From: Octopus bimaculoides
Taxonomy: Eukaryota
Reading direction: 5' to 3'
NCBI RefSeq assembly: GCF_001194135.2
Contig: NC_068990.1
Coordinates: forward strand, 87,372,502 to 87,436,501
Length of the DNA stretch: 64,000 bases
The notes under the pieces are model-generated. The model saw nothing but the letters and a program-made list of their open reading frames with translations. It was not told the origin of the DNA and ran no database searches. The first letter of the stretch is position 1. Each line of letters starts with the position of its first letter. Position numbers and translations under genes: made by a program. Positions 1 through 12,433 of the stretch are shown piece after piece.

Positions 1-98
1 ACCAGTTACGCACTGGGGTCGGTATAATCGACTTAATCCGTTTGTCTGTCCTTGTTTGTCCCCTCTGTGTGTAGCCCCTTGTGGGTAGTAAAGAAATA
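1..98 (+). mobile_element. SINE family A, 3' part (tail type 1)
   Basis: Matches the 3' half of full copies at 19553 and 45961. Confidence 0.85.
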
Positions 99-502
99 AC
101 ACACATACGTACACATGCATACCAATACAGAGACGCAACATGTAAAAGATTAGTCATTTCAAATATATTTTTAGCAACAACGAATCAGATTTACTTTAAA
201 ATGTTTGCCTGATTCATGTTTATTCTTTTATGAACATTTCGTATAATAAACTCTGTCGATTATCATGGACTGTGTATGTAAATATTATTCATGTGATCAT
301 TTTTGCTACTTTATTTAATGCTGCCGTTTTGTAATGCGCTGTTTACAGCTGTTTGCTGTATAGCAATTTTGATCTCTTTAATCTTCATTCATTCTAATAA
401 AAAAATAATAATTGTTGTCATAACTCCAGAACTATTTTTATTCTTCTATTCTTCCTCTTACTGTTACGTGTATATGGTCACATATGTACATATACACGTA
501 TA

Positions 503-564
<62 letters not shown>

Positions 565-600
565 TATATACACGTATACGTACATATATATATATTCTAG

Positions 601-954
601 TCTTTTATTCTTTTACTTGTTTCAGTCATTTGACTGCGGCCATGCTGTAGCACTACCTTTAGTCGAGCAAATCGGCCCCAGGACTTATTCTGTGTAAGCC
701 AAGTAATTATTCTATCGGGCTCTTTTGCAGAACCGCTAAGTTACGGGGACGTAAACATACCAACATTGGTTGCGAAGCGATGGTAGAATGACAAACACTG
801 ACACAAGAGATCTGCCAAACCATTTGGCACATCGAAACGTTCGTAAATGACTCATTATATAATCTCCACATAATTAAATCAATGGCTAACTAGCCCAGTT
901 GACTTGCTTCTTCTTGTGTTTGTTTCTCCATTCTCCACATAATTATATACATAC

Positions 955-998
<44 letters not shown>

Positions 999-1180
999 GA
1001 CAGGCTTCTTTCAGTTTCTGTCTACCAAATCCACTCACATGGCTTTGGTAGGTCCGAGGCTATAGTAGAAGACACTCGCCCAAGGTTCCACACCGTGGGA
1101 CTGAACCACGTGGTTCACAAACCCGGAACCATGTGGTTGGGAAGCAAGCTTCTAACCACACAGCCACTCCTGTGCCTATA
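601..1180 (-). mobile_element. SINE family B (tRNA head, internal microsatellite, 3' domain), interrupted by an ~140-bp insert at ~810-950
   Basis: Head with GGTTCCGGGTT..CAGTCCCAC B-box region at 1000-1180; 3' domain GTTTACGTCCCCGTAACTTAGCGG...TGACTGAAACAAGTAAAAGA at 601-808. Confidence 0.85.
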
Positions 1181-1203
1181 TAGCATCATAGCCATGTGTC
1201 AAG

Positions 1204-1530
1204 ACGAATTCTTTAGGGTTTGAATTATTCCCCTCTGGAAACGTGTGTTTCAGTTATCATCCTTAAACAACTCGTATTCAGGGACATTTTGAGATGGATA
1301 TGCTACTCGGCCCGAGGAAAAGTATAACTGGGTCCCACCTGCAAGGTCCTCTGCTGTTTATTTTGATATGGGGTTACCATGTCGTGAACATACGGTTGTA
1401 ATGCATGTGCCTGATGTACCCTTATCAGACGGGGAGCTATGATGGGTATATTGGACTTCGTATATTTGAACCCCGGAGTCACTTTGATGGCGGCATACGC
1501 TGCTCTCTCACTGAATAACAACAACAATAA
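1204..1530 (+). mobile_element. Interspersed repeat family G (ends in (AAT/AAC)n)
   Basis: Homologous to 52960-53225 (GAATTCTTT...CCCACCTGCAAGGTC...GTCACTTTGATGGC). Confidence 0.75.
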
Positions 1531-1540
1531 CAGTTCGTTT

Positions 1541-1690
1541 TACTATTGGCACAAGGCCTGGAATTTGCGGGGAAGTGGGTTAGCCGATTCAATCGAACCC
1601 AGTGTCCACTACTACCTATTTTATCGACCTCGAAGTGTAATGAAAGGCAAAGTCGACCTTGGTGGAATTTGAATTCAGAACGTAAAAACG
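1541..1690 (-). mobile_element. SINE family A, partial, tail type 2
   Basis: ATGAAAGGCAAAGTCGACC core plus GGCCTTGTGCC tail. Confidence 0.7.
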
Positions 1691-1789
1691 GTCAAAATCA
1701 TCATCATTACCATTACCACCACCACCACCACCACCACCACCACCACCACCACCACCACCACTACATCGTCGTCGTCGTCGTCATCATCT

Positions 1790-2185
1790 TTATTATTCCT
1801 TTAGTTCAGCTCCAGGTTTTGGCCGGGTACATACTCGCTACCCTCCATCACGTCATATGGCATCGGGCAAAGGAAACGTTACACATGATGTTGGCAGGTA
1901 TAAGCAATGTTGATTTCTCTCAAAGATTATAATATTAGGCTTTATATTTATATTTCGCTCGTTGATGTGTGTATTTGTAAGGTTGTCAGGAATGGAGCTC
2001 TTGGCATCATTCCGAACCAGTTTGAATGACTATTAATTACTTGCGTTACTATTGGTACAACTTTCGTTAGTGTGTTCCATATTCGCGAGATTTCCAATCG
2101 GAGATCCGAATATTTATCGATTTTTCTTAGCTTCTTTTTAGATTTATTATTGCCGCATGGGATGTCTACAAATATAATGTAAGGC
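1790..2185 (-). mobile_element. R4/Dong-clade non-LTR retrotransposon 3' fragment (RLE endonuclease C-terminus plus 3'UTR), copy 1
   Basis: Minus translation IIFVDIPCGNNKSKKKLRKIDKYSDLRLEISRIWNTLTKVVPIV matches the RLE K-x-x-KY-x-x-L motif region; 3'UTR shares AAACCTGGAGC with copy 2. Confidence 0.7.
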
Positions 2186-2249
2186 TTTGAAAGCATCCTC
2201 CTCCTCCTCCTGCGTTTTATCATCATCATCATCATTATTATTATTATTA

Positions 2250-2660
2250 TTGTATTTTGAATTTTGCTTTGTATTTGTACAATTTGGCTCCAGGTTTCAC
2301 CCAGGGACCTCAAGAACAAGTTAGAAGTTCATGCTGGTGTTATTCCTAGGATGTCATATATTTGGTTTTGCACATAGTATTGTTCTAGAGAATGTTTAAG
2401 AAAACATAAGACAAATATGAGTTTGTCTTAAAATTTGAGATTACATAGAGATTATTTTACGTAGGATACGGGCAGTTCCCATGAGTACTATCTTTTGAAT
2501 TTCTTCCATTTTGGGGTTTCCTGGTATCTGAGCTAGGTAGCAATCAGCTCCTTTTGCTATCATTCTTAGGGCACCTATGACAACAGGTATTGCTTTAGTC
2601 TTGAGGTTCCACATTTTGCCAATTTCTATTTCAAGATCTTTATACTTGCTCAGTGAGATG
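2250..2660 (-). mobile_element. R4/Dong-clade non-LTR retrotransposon 3' fragment, copy 2
   Basis: Minus translation LSKYKDLEIEIGKMWNLKTKAIPVVIGALRMIAKGADCYLAQIPGNPKMEEIQKIVLMGTARILRKIISM*, then 3'UTR and (AAT)n tail. Confidence 0.85.
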
Positions 2661-2672
2661 TGATGTCACTTA

Positions 2673-2731
<59 letters not shown>

Positions 2732-2744
2732 ATTATTATTATTG

Positions 2745-2955
2745 TACTTGTTGCTAGAGGTCTACCAGCTATCTACTTCCTGTAAATTAAGACGATATGT
2801 TGTTTTTAAGTCTCGAGGACTTTGCGGAGACTCCTTGCGTTGCCAAGCAATGATGCTTTCTGGATATGCTCTATTTTCCTTTTTATGCATTTTTGAACCA
2901 CTTTTTTTTTGCTTACTGTACCTAAAGAACCAGCAACTATTGGCACAATATACAC
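2745..2955 (-). mobile_element. R4/Dong-clade non-LTR retrotransposon 3' fragment, copy 3
   Basis: Minus translation VPIVAGSLGTVSKK...IEHIQKASLLGNARSLRKVLET*, short 3'UTR, (AAT)n tail. Confidence 0.75.
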
Positions 2956-3849
2956 ATCTTCTTCTTCTTCTTCTTCTTCTTCTTCTTCTTCTTCTTCTTC
3001 TTCCTTCTTCTCNNNNNNNNNNTCTTCTTCTTCTTCTTCTTCTTCTTCTTCTTCTTCTTCTTCTTCTTCTTCTTCTTCTTCCTTCTTCTCCTCATTAAAA
3101 TTTGGCATTATTATAAATGTTAGCTTGATGTACCAATGTCGAGAATTTTATTTTTCAGGTGAGAAATGTAAAAAAAAACAACAAAAAAAACAAACAAAAC
3201 AAAACAAACAACAAAGTTAAAATAAAACAAGATCTAGGACAAAACGAGGAAAGAAAATCCAGTTGCGTTTGTCGTTTTGCTTTATTTTATTCACCAATTT
3301 AAGGCAGATTTTCTTCTCGATTTCTTTTGGCATTCATTCAAATTACGATGCCAGTAAAGTTTTGCTACAATTATTCTGAAGTCACATTAACTAGTTTTAT
3401 TTAACAAGTTGCTTTCGTATGACATTGCTTGTTACATATCTGTTCTAAAACAAACAAATATATATAGAAAATAAAACATCAATATCAATGTATCGTACCA
3501 AAAAAAAAAAAAAAAAAAAAAAGAGAAAGAAATAAAAATTATTTTGATTTTCACTCGTTAATTTTTTTCTGAACTGTGGGAATTGTTCTATCGAATGTCT
3601 GTCATTTGCGTCTGTGGGATTATCTGTCATACAAACAAACCACACACTGCTATGTTAAAAAAAATGAAGGGTAGTCTGAATCAAATTCTAGGTTTTATGC
3701 ATTCAGCTATCCCACCATTTTACCCCCTATCCTCACCAAACAAAATGTGTTTAGGTTCCCACTAAAAGGGGCAGCATTGACGAGTATAAGAATAACATTA
3801 CTAGTAAGAATTATTTCAAAATTTAGCACAAGATCATCAGTTTTCGATG

Positions 3850-4043
3850 AAGTGGGTTAGTTGATTATGATTACATGGACTCCCTACTACTAGCGCTCAA
3901 ATGGTGCTTTATTTTATTGACTCTTAAAGGACGAAAGAAAAAGTTAGACTACTGCTGGAATTTGAACGCAGAATGTAAAGAACGGTTAAAAACGGCACCA
4001 AACATTTTACTCGACGCCTTAACGGTTCTGCCAGCTCGCCGCC
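3850..4043 (-). mobile_element. SINE family A, degenerate
   Basis: Head GGCGGCGAGCTGGCAGAA on minus; decayed core. Confidence 0.65.
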
Positions 4044-5681
4044 TTCGTTACGTGTGTGACTAATACCACTACCCTTTCTATATTCTAATTCTTAGAAAAC
4101 GTCTCTACATTACCCATTTATGGAAATAAGATTCCAGAGAAATGTATGGAATAAAATATTAAATGAAAATATTTCCCATGATCTGTTCAAATGTTGTTGA
4201 AACGTTTCGTGTAATTTCTGTGGTTATAATGGTAAATACAAAAGAGGAAGAAATATATTTAAATAAACGAATTCACTGAACTTACCCTAGAGAAATCAGT
4301 TGATTAATTTCAATAAGAACCAACACATCTAACAATTGTAGCAACAGATCTAATAGTTACAACAATTCTAAACTAGAAGAGAACTTCGTTAGAAATTCTC
4401 TCATTACCGAATTCCGTTCGGTCATTGATTAATTTTCAAATTGAGTTTTGAATGTCAACGTTCTTGTCGTCGCTAGCGATGACGATAGTAGTAATGGTGG
4501 TAGTAGTGGTAGTTTTAATTGCAGTGGATGTTGTAGTATTGATGGTGATAGTGTTGTAATGGTGGTGGTGGTAGTACTTGTGACAAGTGATAGGGACAGT
4601 GGTGGTGTGATGGTGATGTTATTGTAATGGTGGTGGTGGTTTTAGTAATGGTAATGGTTGTGATGGTGATAGTGGCGGTGCTGGCGAGGGTGTTGGCGGT
4701 GTTAATATGGCAAATCGGCTGCGTCATTAGAGCGTTGGAGAAAATATTTTAGAGTTCAAATCTCACCGAAGCCAACTTTCGAAGTCGATAAATAAAGCAT
4801 CACCAATTAAGGGCAGTGAATTGACAGAATTTCAACAGCGGCGGACGAGATGTGTTGCAGTATCTGTGATGGTATTACTGTTGTTGTTCTTGTTGTTGTT
4901 TTTGTTGTTGCTTTTGTTGTTGTTCAGCCCCAAAATTGCTTTGATCGAGCAAACATATGGAACACAGATAATCGACCGGAAAACAATACCGACTGACCCA
5001 CCCACAAATAAAACAACCGAATTTCCTGCTCTGTTCTGCCAGTCCAATATATTTCGCTCAGGATCTTTTAAGAGGAGAAACCGGGATTGATCCTTCGTGT
5101 TCTGACATTGTAGATCTACTGCTCCAGAAATACTGCGTTTCTGCTTTGTTGACCATATTCCACATTGTAACATGAAGTAGATATTCGTAAGGGATGTAGT
5201 AGTGTTGCACTCCGGACAAGTGGTACTATTTCCAATGTTCAGACTATTTCTGCACACATGTAGATTCTGGTGGCGGCCACAAAGGTAACGGCTCAGATGA
5301 ACTCCAACAGGGGCGACCATTGCTGTTCTAGTTCATTTATTGGTTTGGTGCAGTACATCATAGCACAGTGGGTGGAGCTACTAAAGTTATTGATGTTGCA
5401 ACTCTTTCTGTGTATGCGTTCACCTGATTTGTAGAGGCAGTGACATTAAGATGTTGTAAGTGATTCACGTGGGTAATTTCGTATTTACTAGCAAAGTCTG
5501 TGGGTGCTGGAAATTTCCGAAATAACAAATTGCACCTCCACTTTATGCCAATTGGTCTTTTGTTTTTAAATGTTGGTCACAGTTAGAAAGCTAGCAATCA
5601 TAAAATTACTCCATCGCAGTTGACATGGGGATAAACGATTATAACAACAAAAATAACTATAACAGGGAGATTATATGAAAA

Positions 5682-6115
5682 TACTAGCAGAGATACCCGG
5701 CATTGCTCGGGATTGAAATGGTATAGTTTGTTTATATATATTACAGTTATGTTGAAACAGGTGATACGGGAAAGTGCATCATTGACGACAAAGCATTTGT
5801 AGAGTAAATGATGGTCTAATACGACTAATCGTCATGTAATACATTTGTTTGGAGGATTCTATGCCCTAACCTAGCGTGGAAAACTGGGGTGGGGTGGGGG
5901 TGTAATTTTTGAACCCACCGAAAAGCTGTCAGTGGATATACTCGACTTTGAGGTGGTCAGCGCTGCGTGTAACGCGACCCATCGTATGGTTAACAGTCAA
6001 ATGAATGGAGGTGTAATGGAGATATTGTACGTAAATGGGTACATTCTGGAAATGGGCTGTAATGGGAGACGGTGACGGTGAAGTGAACTGTCGAAAGAGG
6101 TTGAGGAAGAGCTGG
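5682..6115 (+). mobile_element. Helentron/DINE-1-like non-autonomous element (tentative)
   Basis: Starts TACTAGCAGAGATACCCGGCATTGCTCGGGA with a short subterminal inverted repeat (CCCG...CGGG), like HINE 5' ends; cut by SINE-A at ~6118. Confidence 0.4.
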
Positions 6116-6118
6116 TAG

Positions 6119-6362
6119 TGCTAATGTTTCTTATTTCTTTATTGCCCACAAGGGGCTAAACATAGAGGGGACAAACAAGGACAGACAAAAGGATTAAGTC
6201 GATTACATCAACCCCAGTGCATAATTGGTACTTAATTTATCGACTCCGAAAGGATGAAAGGCAAAGTCGACCTCGGCTAAATTTGAACTCAGAACGTAAC
6301 GGCAGACGAAACACTGCTAAGCATTTCGTCCGGCGTGCTAACGTTTCTACCAGCTCACCGCC
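6119..6362 (-). mobile_element. SINE family A, full length, tail type 1 ending in AAGAAACATTAGCAC
   Basis: tRNA-like head (A box TGGYAGAA, B box GAGTTCAAATT), central GCCTTTCATCCTTTCGG domain, tail. Confidence 0.9.
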
Positions 6363-7143
6363 CTACGACAGCAGTAATATTGTCAACAAAATACCAGGTA
6401 AAAAACAATTACGGTACAAAAAGTTGTCAGTGTACACAACAGTTGTATATGTGCGCATTAATATTGTAGTAAAAACAATGGAAGAAGTACGGGCGTATAT
6501 AAGTTGGGAGAAAAGAATAAAACTAAAATAAAAAAAGAAAGAATTGTAAAAAAGAAATGAATAAAAAGAAAGTAGCATTTAAATATATTTTCTGCAAAGC
6601 AAAAGGCATTGAAGAATAGCCTTGGAAAGAATTTGCAGTTATTGTTAAATATTTAAGCATACAGTTAAACCATGTTAGGGCGGTTTTCCTTTATGCTAGT
6701 TCAGGTTTTATTTCAATCTGGGCATTAAACGAAGACAAATGTCTTTGTAGTAGACATATCAGACAAGTTAACGTTAGAACATTTTTATAAAGGTAAAATA
6801 TTTGGTGAAGAAAATAATAGTGCCAGATAATAATAGTACCAGCAAGGACTAACACGTACTTTGAAGGACACCTTAACGACTCTTCTCATACCTACTGCAT
6901 TATTCGAAGTTTTAACAACTAATTCTTGTCGTCTGAGGATTGCCTACGAGCATTAAACTCTGGCTCGTGAAATATAAATAGTCGAGTTACACAAGTTTTT
7001 TCCAACCTACTGCAAAGTTAACTGTAAGGTTATTTTGTAAGATACGATCTCTAAAACTCAACACCTCCATGTATTTTGAAGGGAATCGAATTAAATACGC
7101 ACAATTAAATCGAGATCTAAGGAAAGGAAATGGAATATATATT

Positions 7144-7357
7144 CTTTTCTACACTAGGTACAAGGCTTGAAATTTTGGGAGAGGGGGCCAGTTGATTAGA
7201 CCGACTCCTGCACGCAGCTGGTACATAATTTATCGACTCCGAAAGGATGAAAGGCAAAGTCGACCTCGGCGGGATTTGAACTCATAACGTAAAGACAGAC
7301 GAAATACCGCTAAGCATTTCGCCCGGCGTGCTAACGTTTCTGCCAGCTCACCGCCTT
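7144..7357 (-). mobile_element. SINE family A, full length, tail type 2, with TSD
   Basis: 17-bp TSD GAAATGGAATAKATATT at 7127-7143 and 7358-7374. Confidence 0.9.
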
Positions 7358-8011
7358 GAAATGGAATAGATATTAAAAAGTTCTTCGAATGTTCAACTTG
7401 TAACAGATTTCGTCTCTCTAAGTCTGAGATTGTTACACATTGGAGGGTACTTGTACCAAAGCAACCTAATAATAAATCATCGGCATCTGAATGAACACGT
7501 GACTGCCATTCATGCAATAAATGTATTTCTATTTATGGTCTGAAGCCACAAATGTCTATAGACAATGCCAAATGTCATGATCCTGCATTGCATTTAACTG
7601 NNNNNNNNNNNNNNNNNNNNNNNNNNNNNNNNNNNNNNNNNNNNNNNNNNNNNNNNNNNNNNNNNNNNNNNNNNNNNNNNNNNNNNNNNNNNNNNNNNNN
7701 NNNNNNNNNNNNNNNNNNNNNNNNNNNNNNNNNNNNNNNNNNNNNNNNNNNNNNNNNNNNNNNNNNNNNNNNNNNNNNNNNNNNNNNNNNNNNNNNNNNN
7801 NNNNNNNNNNNNNNNNNNNNNNNNNNNNNNNNNNNNNNNNNNNNNNNNNNNNNNNNNNNNNNNNNNNNNNNNNNNNNNNNNNNNNNNNNNNNNNNNNNNN
7901 NNNNNNNNNNNNNNNNNNNNNNNNNNNNNNNNNNNNNNNNNNNNNNNNNNNNNNNNNNNNNNNNNNNNNNNNNNNNNNNNNNNNNNNNNNNNNNNNNNNN
8001 NNACAAATATG

Positions 8012-8120
8012 TACAAGGGTTGGCTGAAAAGTTCCTGGGTTGACCAGGAAACTTTCATGGAATGTGACCAAATGAGGTTTATTTGTCATCATGGTCCCTT
8101 TTGTGGTCCACACACTTCTA
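8012..8120 (+). mobile_element. Mariner-type terminal fragment
   Basis: TA-CAAGGGTTGGCTGAAAAGTTCC start resembles mariner TIRs; partner TIR not seen. Confidence 0.5.
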
Positions 8121-8784
8121 TGCTTTCCATTTCACCTCCCCTTCCCTCTATCTCTGCCTCCTTCTCTTCCCTCCTCCCTCCTCTCTAATGTTCTTACCAC
8201 TCAAAGCTGAAAATGTCACAAACAAACAGAAAAACAAATATTTTTTTACATTTTACCAGATTTTCTCTTGCATTAGATTAATTAATCTTTTTTCCCCAGT
8301 GGTTAATTATCTTCTTCTTCTTCTTCTTCTTCTTCTTCTTCGTCGTCGTCGTCGTCGTCGTCACCGTTGTTGCTGTTGTTAGTGTGCTCGTTTATTTCTA
8401 ATTATCTCATTGATTCATAGGCTTGCATTTTTGTTTACTTGTTATTTTTATAATTGTTGTTGTGGCTGTTGCTGTTGCTGTTGCGTTGCCTAAGGCTATA
8501 TAGAGGTTATGGTTTAACCATCTGCAACTCGAGTGAGCAACTTATGCCACGTCGATGTCTCGCCATCGACAATACTTCAATTTCTCTTGAATAGCGGTTC
8601 ATCGTAGGAGGTACCATGTCAGAGCGTGGATACGATACCCTTTTTTCCTCTTTCTCTTCTGTTCCCTGTTGTTGTTGTTGTTGTTGTTGCTTATTCTGGT
8701 CAGTTCTAAGGCAGCAGACCCTAAGCCCAAAACATTCCAGCTGTAAAAATCTCGCCCGAGATTTTTGTTTCAGGATATAGTGTT

Positions 8785-8848
8785 GGTTGGCACTCCGTCG
8801 GTTACGATGACGAGAGTTTCAGTTGATCCGATCAACGGAACAGCCTGT
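8785..8848 (-). mobile_element. SINE family C, 3' end fragment
   Basis: Reverse complement of CAGGCTGTTCCGTTGATCGGATCAACTG...GACGGAGTGCC. Confidence 0.75.
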
Positions 8849-8904
8849 CTTCGCTCCAGTGTATAAAATGGAAGAACTCCATTTTATACACTGCAGCGAA
8901 GACA
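8846..8904. repeat. 59-nt hairpin (27-bp stem, one C-C mismatch, 5-nt loop)
   Basis: TGTCTTCGCT-C-CAGTGTATAAAATGGA-AGAAC-TCCATTTTATACACTG-C-AGCGAAGACA. Confidence 0.9.
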
Positions 8905-9948
8905 TGTTACAATACAGGTAGAGAAATTTGAAAAGACAACACGAAACCGGTTATTTCTCCAAATACAATGTTTCTATACCCAAAATTTTATAACATTTTT
9001 CTGACATAACAATTTAAATATATACTTTAACCATGTAACACAAGCCTTCTGTAGTTTTTTAACTCTTGTTTATCTTTTATANNNNNNNNNNNNNNNNNNN
9101 NNNNNNNNNNNNNNNNNNNNNNNNNNNNNNNNNNNNNNNNNNNNNNNNNNNNNNNNNNNNNNNNNNNNNNNNNNNNNNNNNNNNNNNNNNNNNNNNNNNN
9201 NNNNNNNNNNNNNNNNNNNNNNNNNNNNNNNNNNNNNNNNNNNNNNNNNNNNNNNNNNNNNNNNNNNNNNNNNNNNNNNNNNNNNNNNNNNNNNNNNNNN
9301 NNNNNNNNNNNNNNNNNNNNNNNNNNNNNNNNNNNNNNNNNNNNNNNNNNNNNNNNNNNNNNNNNNNNNNNNNNNNNNNNNNNNNNNNNNNNNNNNNNNN
9401 NNNNNNNNNNNNNNNNNNNNNNNNNNNNNNNNNNNNNNNNNNNNNNNNNNNNNNNNNNNNNNNNNNNNNNNNNNNNNNNNNNNNNNNNNNNNNNNNNNNN
9501 NNNNNNNNNNNNNNNNNNNNNNNNNNNNNNNNNNNNNNNNNNNNNNNNNNNNNNNNNNNNNNNNNNNNNNNNNNNNNNNNNNNNNNNNNNNNNNNNNNNN
9601 NNNNNNNNNNNNNNNNNNNNNNNNNNNNNNNNNNNNNNNNNNNNNNNNNNNNNNNNNNNNNNNNNNNNNNNNNNNNNNNNNNNNNNNNNNNNNNNNNNNN
9701 NNNNNNNNNNNNNNNNNNNNNNNNNNNNNNNNNNNNNNNNNNNNNNNNNAGCATGCGCTTGTGTGTAATACGTATCTGATTAATGAACTAATAACATTTA
9801 ATTGGGCAATTAAGAATTTCATTTCTCTATTATTTCAGCTGTCGAAAAGGTTTGAAGGTATAAATATATATATACACTTGGCTCTTTAAACACATACACA
9901 CATACACACACACACACACGCGCGCGCTCACACACATGCACACACATA

Positions 9949-9985
<37 letters not shown>

Positions 9986-10345
9986 GCGCGCGCTCACACA
10001 CAAAAGCATACGTAGAAGAAGCTAATATACGGATGCATATTGGAGAATATATAAATAATGCGCGTCGTATATCTTGATATGTGAATATGTATGTCTGTAT
10101 ATATCAATATATATGTTTATGTTTGTATGTGTGTATGTATGTATGTGTGTGTGTGTGATAAAGAGGGAGAGAGTGTGTGTGTGTCTGTGTGTTGGTTTGC
10201 GTGTATGTGTATAAATGTATTCATTGTAATTATAAATTCTCAGCATGCATCATTGGCATTGAGTAATTTATTAATTTAAATAGTTCTCGTTATTCAATTC
10301 TGATTTGGTTTAGAAAAATAGTATGTAAGTATGTATGTGTCTATT

Positions 10346-10442
<97 letters not shown>

Positions 10443-11016
10443 TTGCATCTAGATATTTAAGTACACAATCACTTATGTGCACATGCATAAATGCATATAT
10501 ATAGATATACATAAATAGTTACATGTATATGCATGTATATATATGTGTATTTATATATGTATATATATCTGTGTGTGAATTTATTTTTGATATATATATA
10601 TGTGTGTGTGTGCATATATATTTAATATATATACATACAAACACACATATAAACACACGTTTGTACCTATGAATTATGTGTACGTGCGCATGCGTGAGAC
10701 GAATGTGGGTGAAAGGGATGCCCTTGCCGGTGCGTTATATTGACCAGTTAAGAGCACAGCATTCCGCTAATGCGCGCTTGGTTTAAACTAATAGCGTCTG
10801 TATCCCAGTGACTCGTTTTGGTTCCTATATAAGAGGAATGCATTACGTATATTTTATAGACAAGTTGAAAAGAAGAAGAATATGGGTAGGATTTAATTTC
10901 AGACATATTAGTATGAACTGTCGGGCGTCTCGCATTCACATCTTGAAATGAAATTCTTACTCAAATAGCATAGTGTTTTTTCTACAGCAATCTACCCTTT
11001 CACTTTTCTGTCTTCT

Positions 11017-11059
<43 letters not shown>

Positions 11060-12381
11060 ATGTATATGTGAATGTATGTATGTGTGTGTGTGTGTGTGTG
11101 TGAGAGTGTGTGATGAAAAATACCATAAACGTGGCCAAAAAATGGCAAACACTCCGGCAGGAGTTAGCCAAAATTAGTTGGAAACAGGTTAGTTTGGTCT
11201 GCCCTCGTCATCAGTTGCCAGGGCGCAGAAAAAGGTGGTAAAATGATTCGTTTCTGACCCGATTATGAAACCGGACCATATATAAATATATGTATGTATG
11301 TATATACCTGCACACCCATTTATATTTGTGCTCATTTGTTCATTTGCTCAGTTACTCATTTGTTTCTATATACTTATATGTATTCACACCCTTGTCTATG
11401 CAGTTTCCAGCTTTTCCCACTCACAAATCTGTATCACTCATACATGTCTTTGTATTCATCCAATACATTTGAATAAATAGACATACTTGAATGTTTACTG
11501 GCTGATATCTGCCGATTTTATTTCCTCTCCGTTTTCTTATTTGCCCTATATATACATATACTATATATACACATTTAGCTGCAATTTCAACAGGTCGTGT
11601 GACACTGTAGATGACACCATCATTGTCCATCACCATTTCGACGGAAATCATCAGCCGATTTTGCCGGATGAAACAATGCTTCTGTGAAAACAATTTCAAC
11701 CACGCAAAAATCTTTATAATCTTCCCTTTTATTGTTTTTCACCATAGAAAGTCTAATCCGAACATTTTAAAGAATATGCACTTTTGCTAAAGTGTTTTAA
11801 CAACATGACATCCGAAGTATTTTTTAAAAATATATTCTTTAGTATTAAGAGAAGTAACTTTTCAGACTGCCCTTTATCGTGGGCGAAGATAATGTGGTTA
11901 GGTTAATGGGTTTGAGAAGAAACAACGCCAGTGAAAGAGTTCTTTTGGTTAGTAACAACACGGGCAATCTATGCAAGTCATTACGTTACACATGTGAGAC
12001 CATTCAATCTATCAGCGTCTTTTCCTTCTGTGTGTCAGTTCTTCGTTTTAATCTATCATTCTCTCTCTTTCGCTCCATTTCGTTTTCTTACTTTCTGGTT
12101 TTTCTTCTCTATCGTTCTGTCCATCTGACCGTCCGTCTACACAAACAATAATGTGTGTGTGTATGTGTGAATGTGTGTGTGCGTGTATGTGTGTATCAGT
12201 GCGTGTCAGTTGGAAAAAGGTTGCTAGTTAATAATTCCTTGGTTTCAGTCAGCTGTTACGTCATACAAGCGCCTGCCTGTAGCAACTTAATTTGTTGAAA
12301 CGTTTTAAGTGGTCGCAGTTGTAAGCTAATAATAACTGACTTGAACTGATTCAAATGTCTCGAAATAGCTTCCTGCTTGAT

Positions 12382-12384
<3 letters not shown>

Positions 12385-12433
<49 letters not shown>

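Noticed and set aside
1546-1932. Poly-His ORF and other poly-L/S/E/F/HT/CV ORFs across the window
   Set aside because: Microsatellite translations fused to SINE sequence.
6217-6531. Recurrent peptide RKDERQSRPRRNLNSER seen in many ORFs
   Set aside because: Antisense translation of non-coding SINE-A, not a gene family.
7552-9822. Long X-filled ORFs (also 25429-27580, 30132-31220, 55139-55693)
   Set aside because: Artefacts of N gaps being translated without stops.
11594-11687. Possible terminal exon (CAACAG|...DDTIIVHHHFDGNHQPILPDETMLL*)
   Set aside because: No recognisable homology, weak pyrimidine tract, no poly(A) signal nearby.
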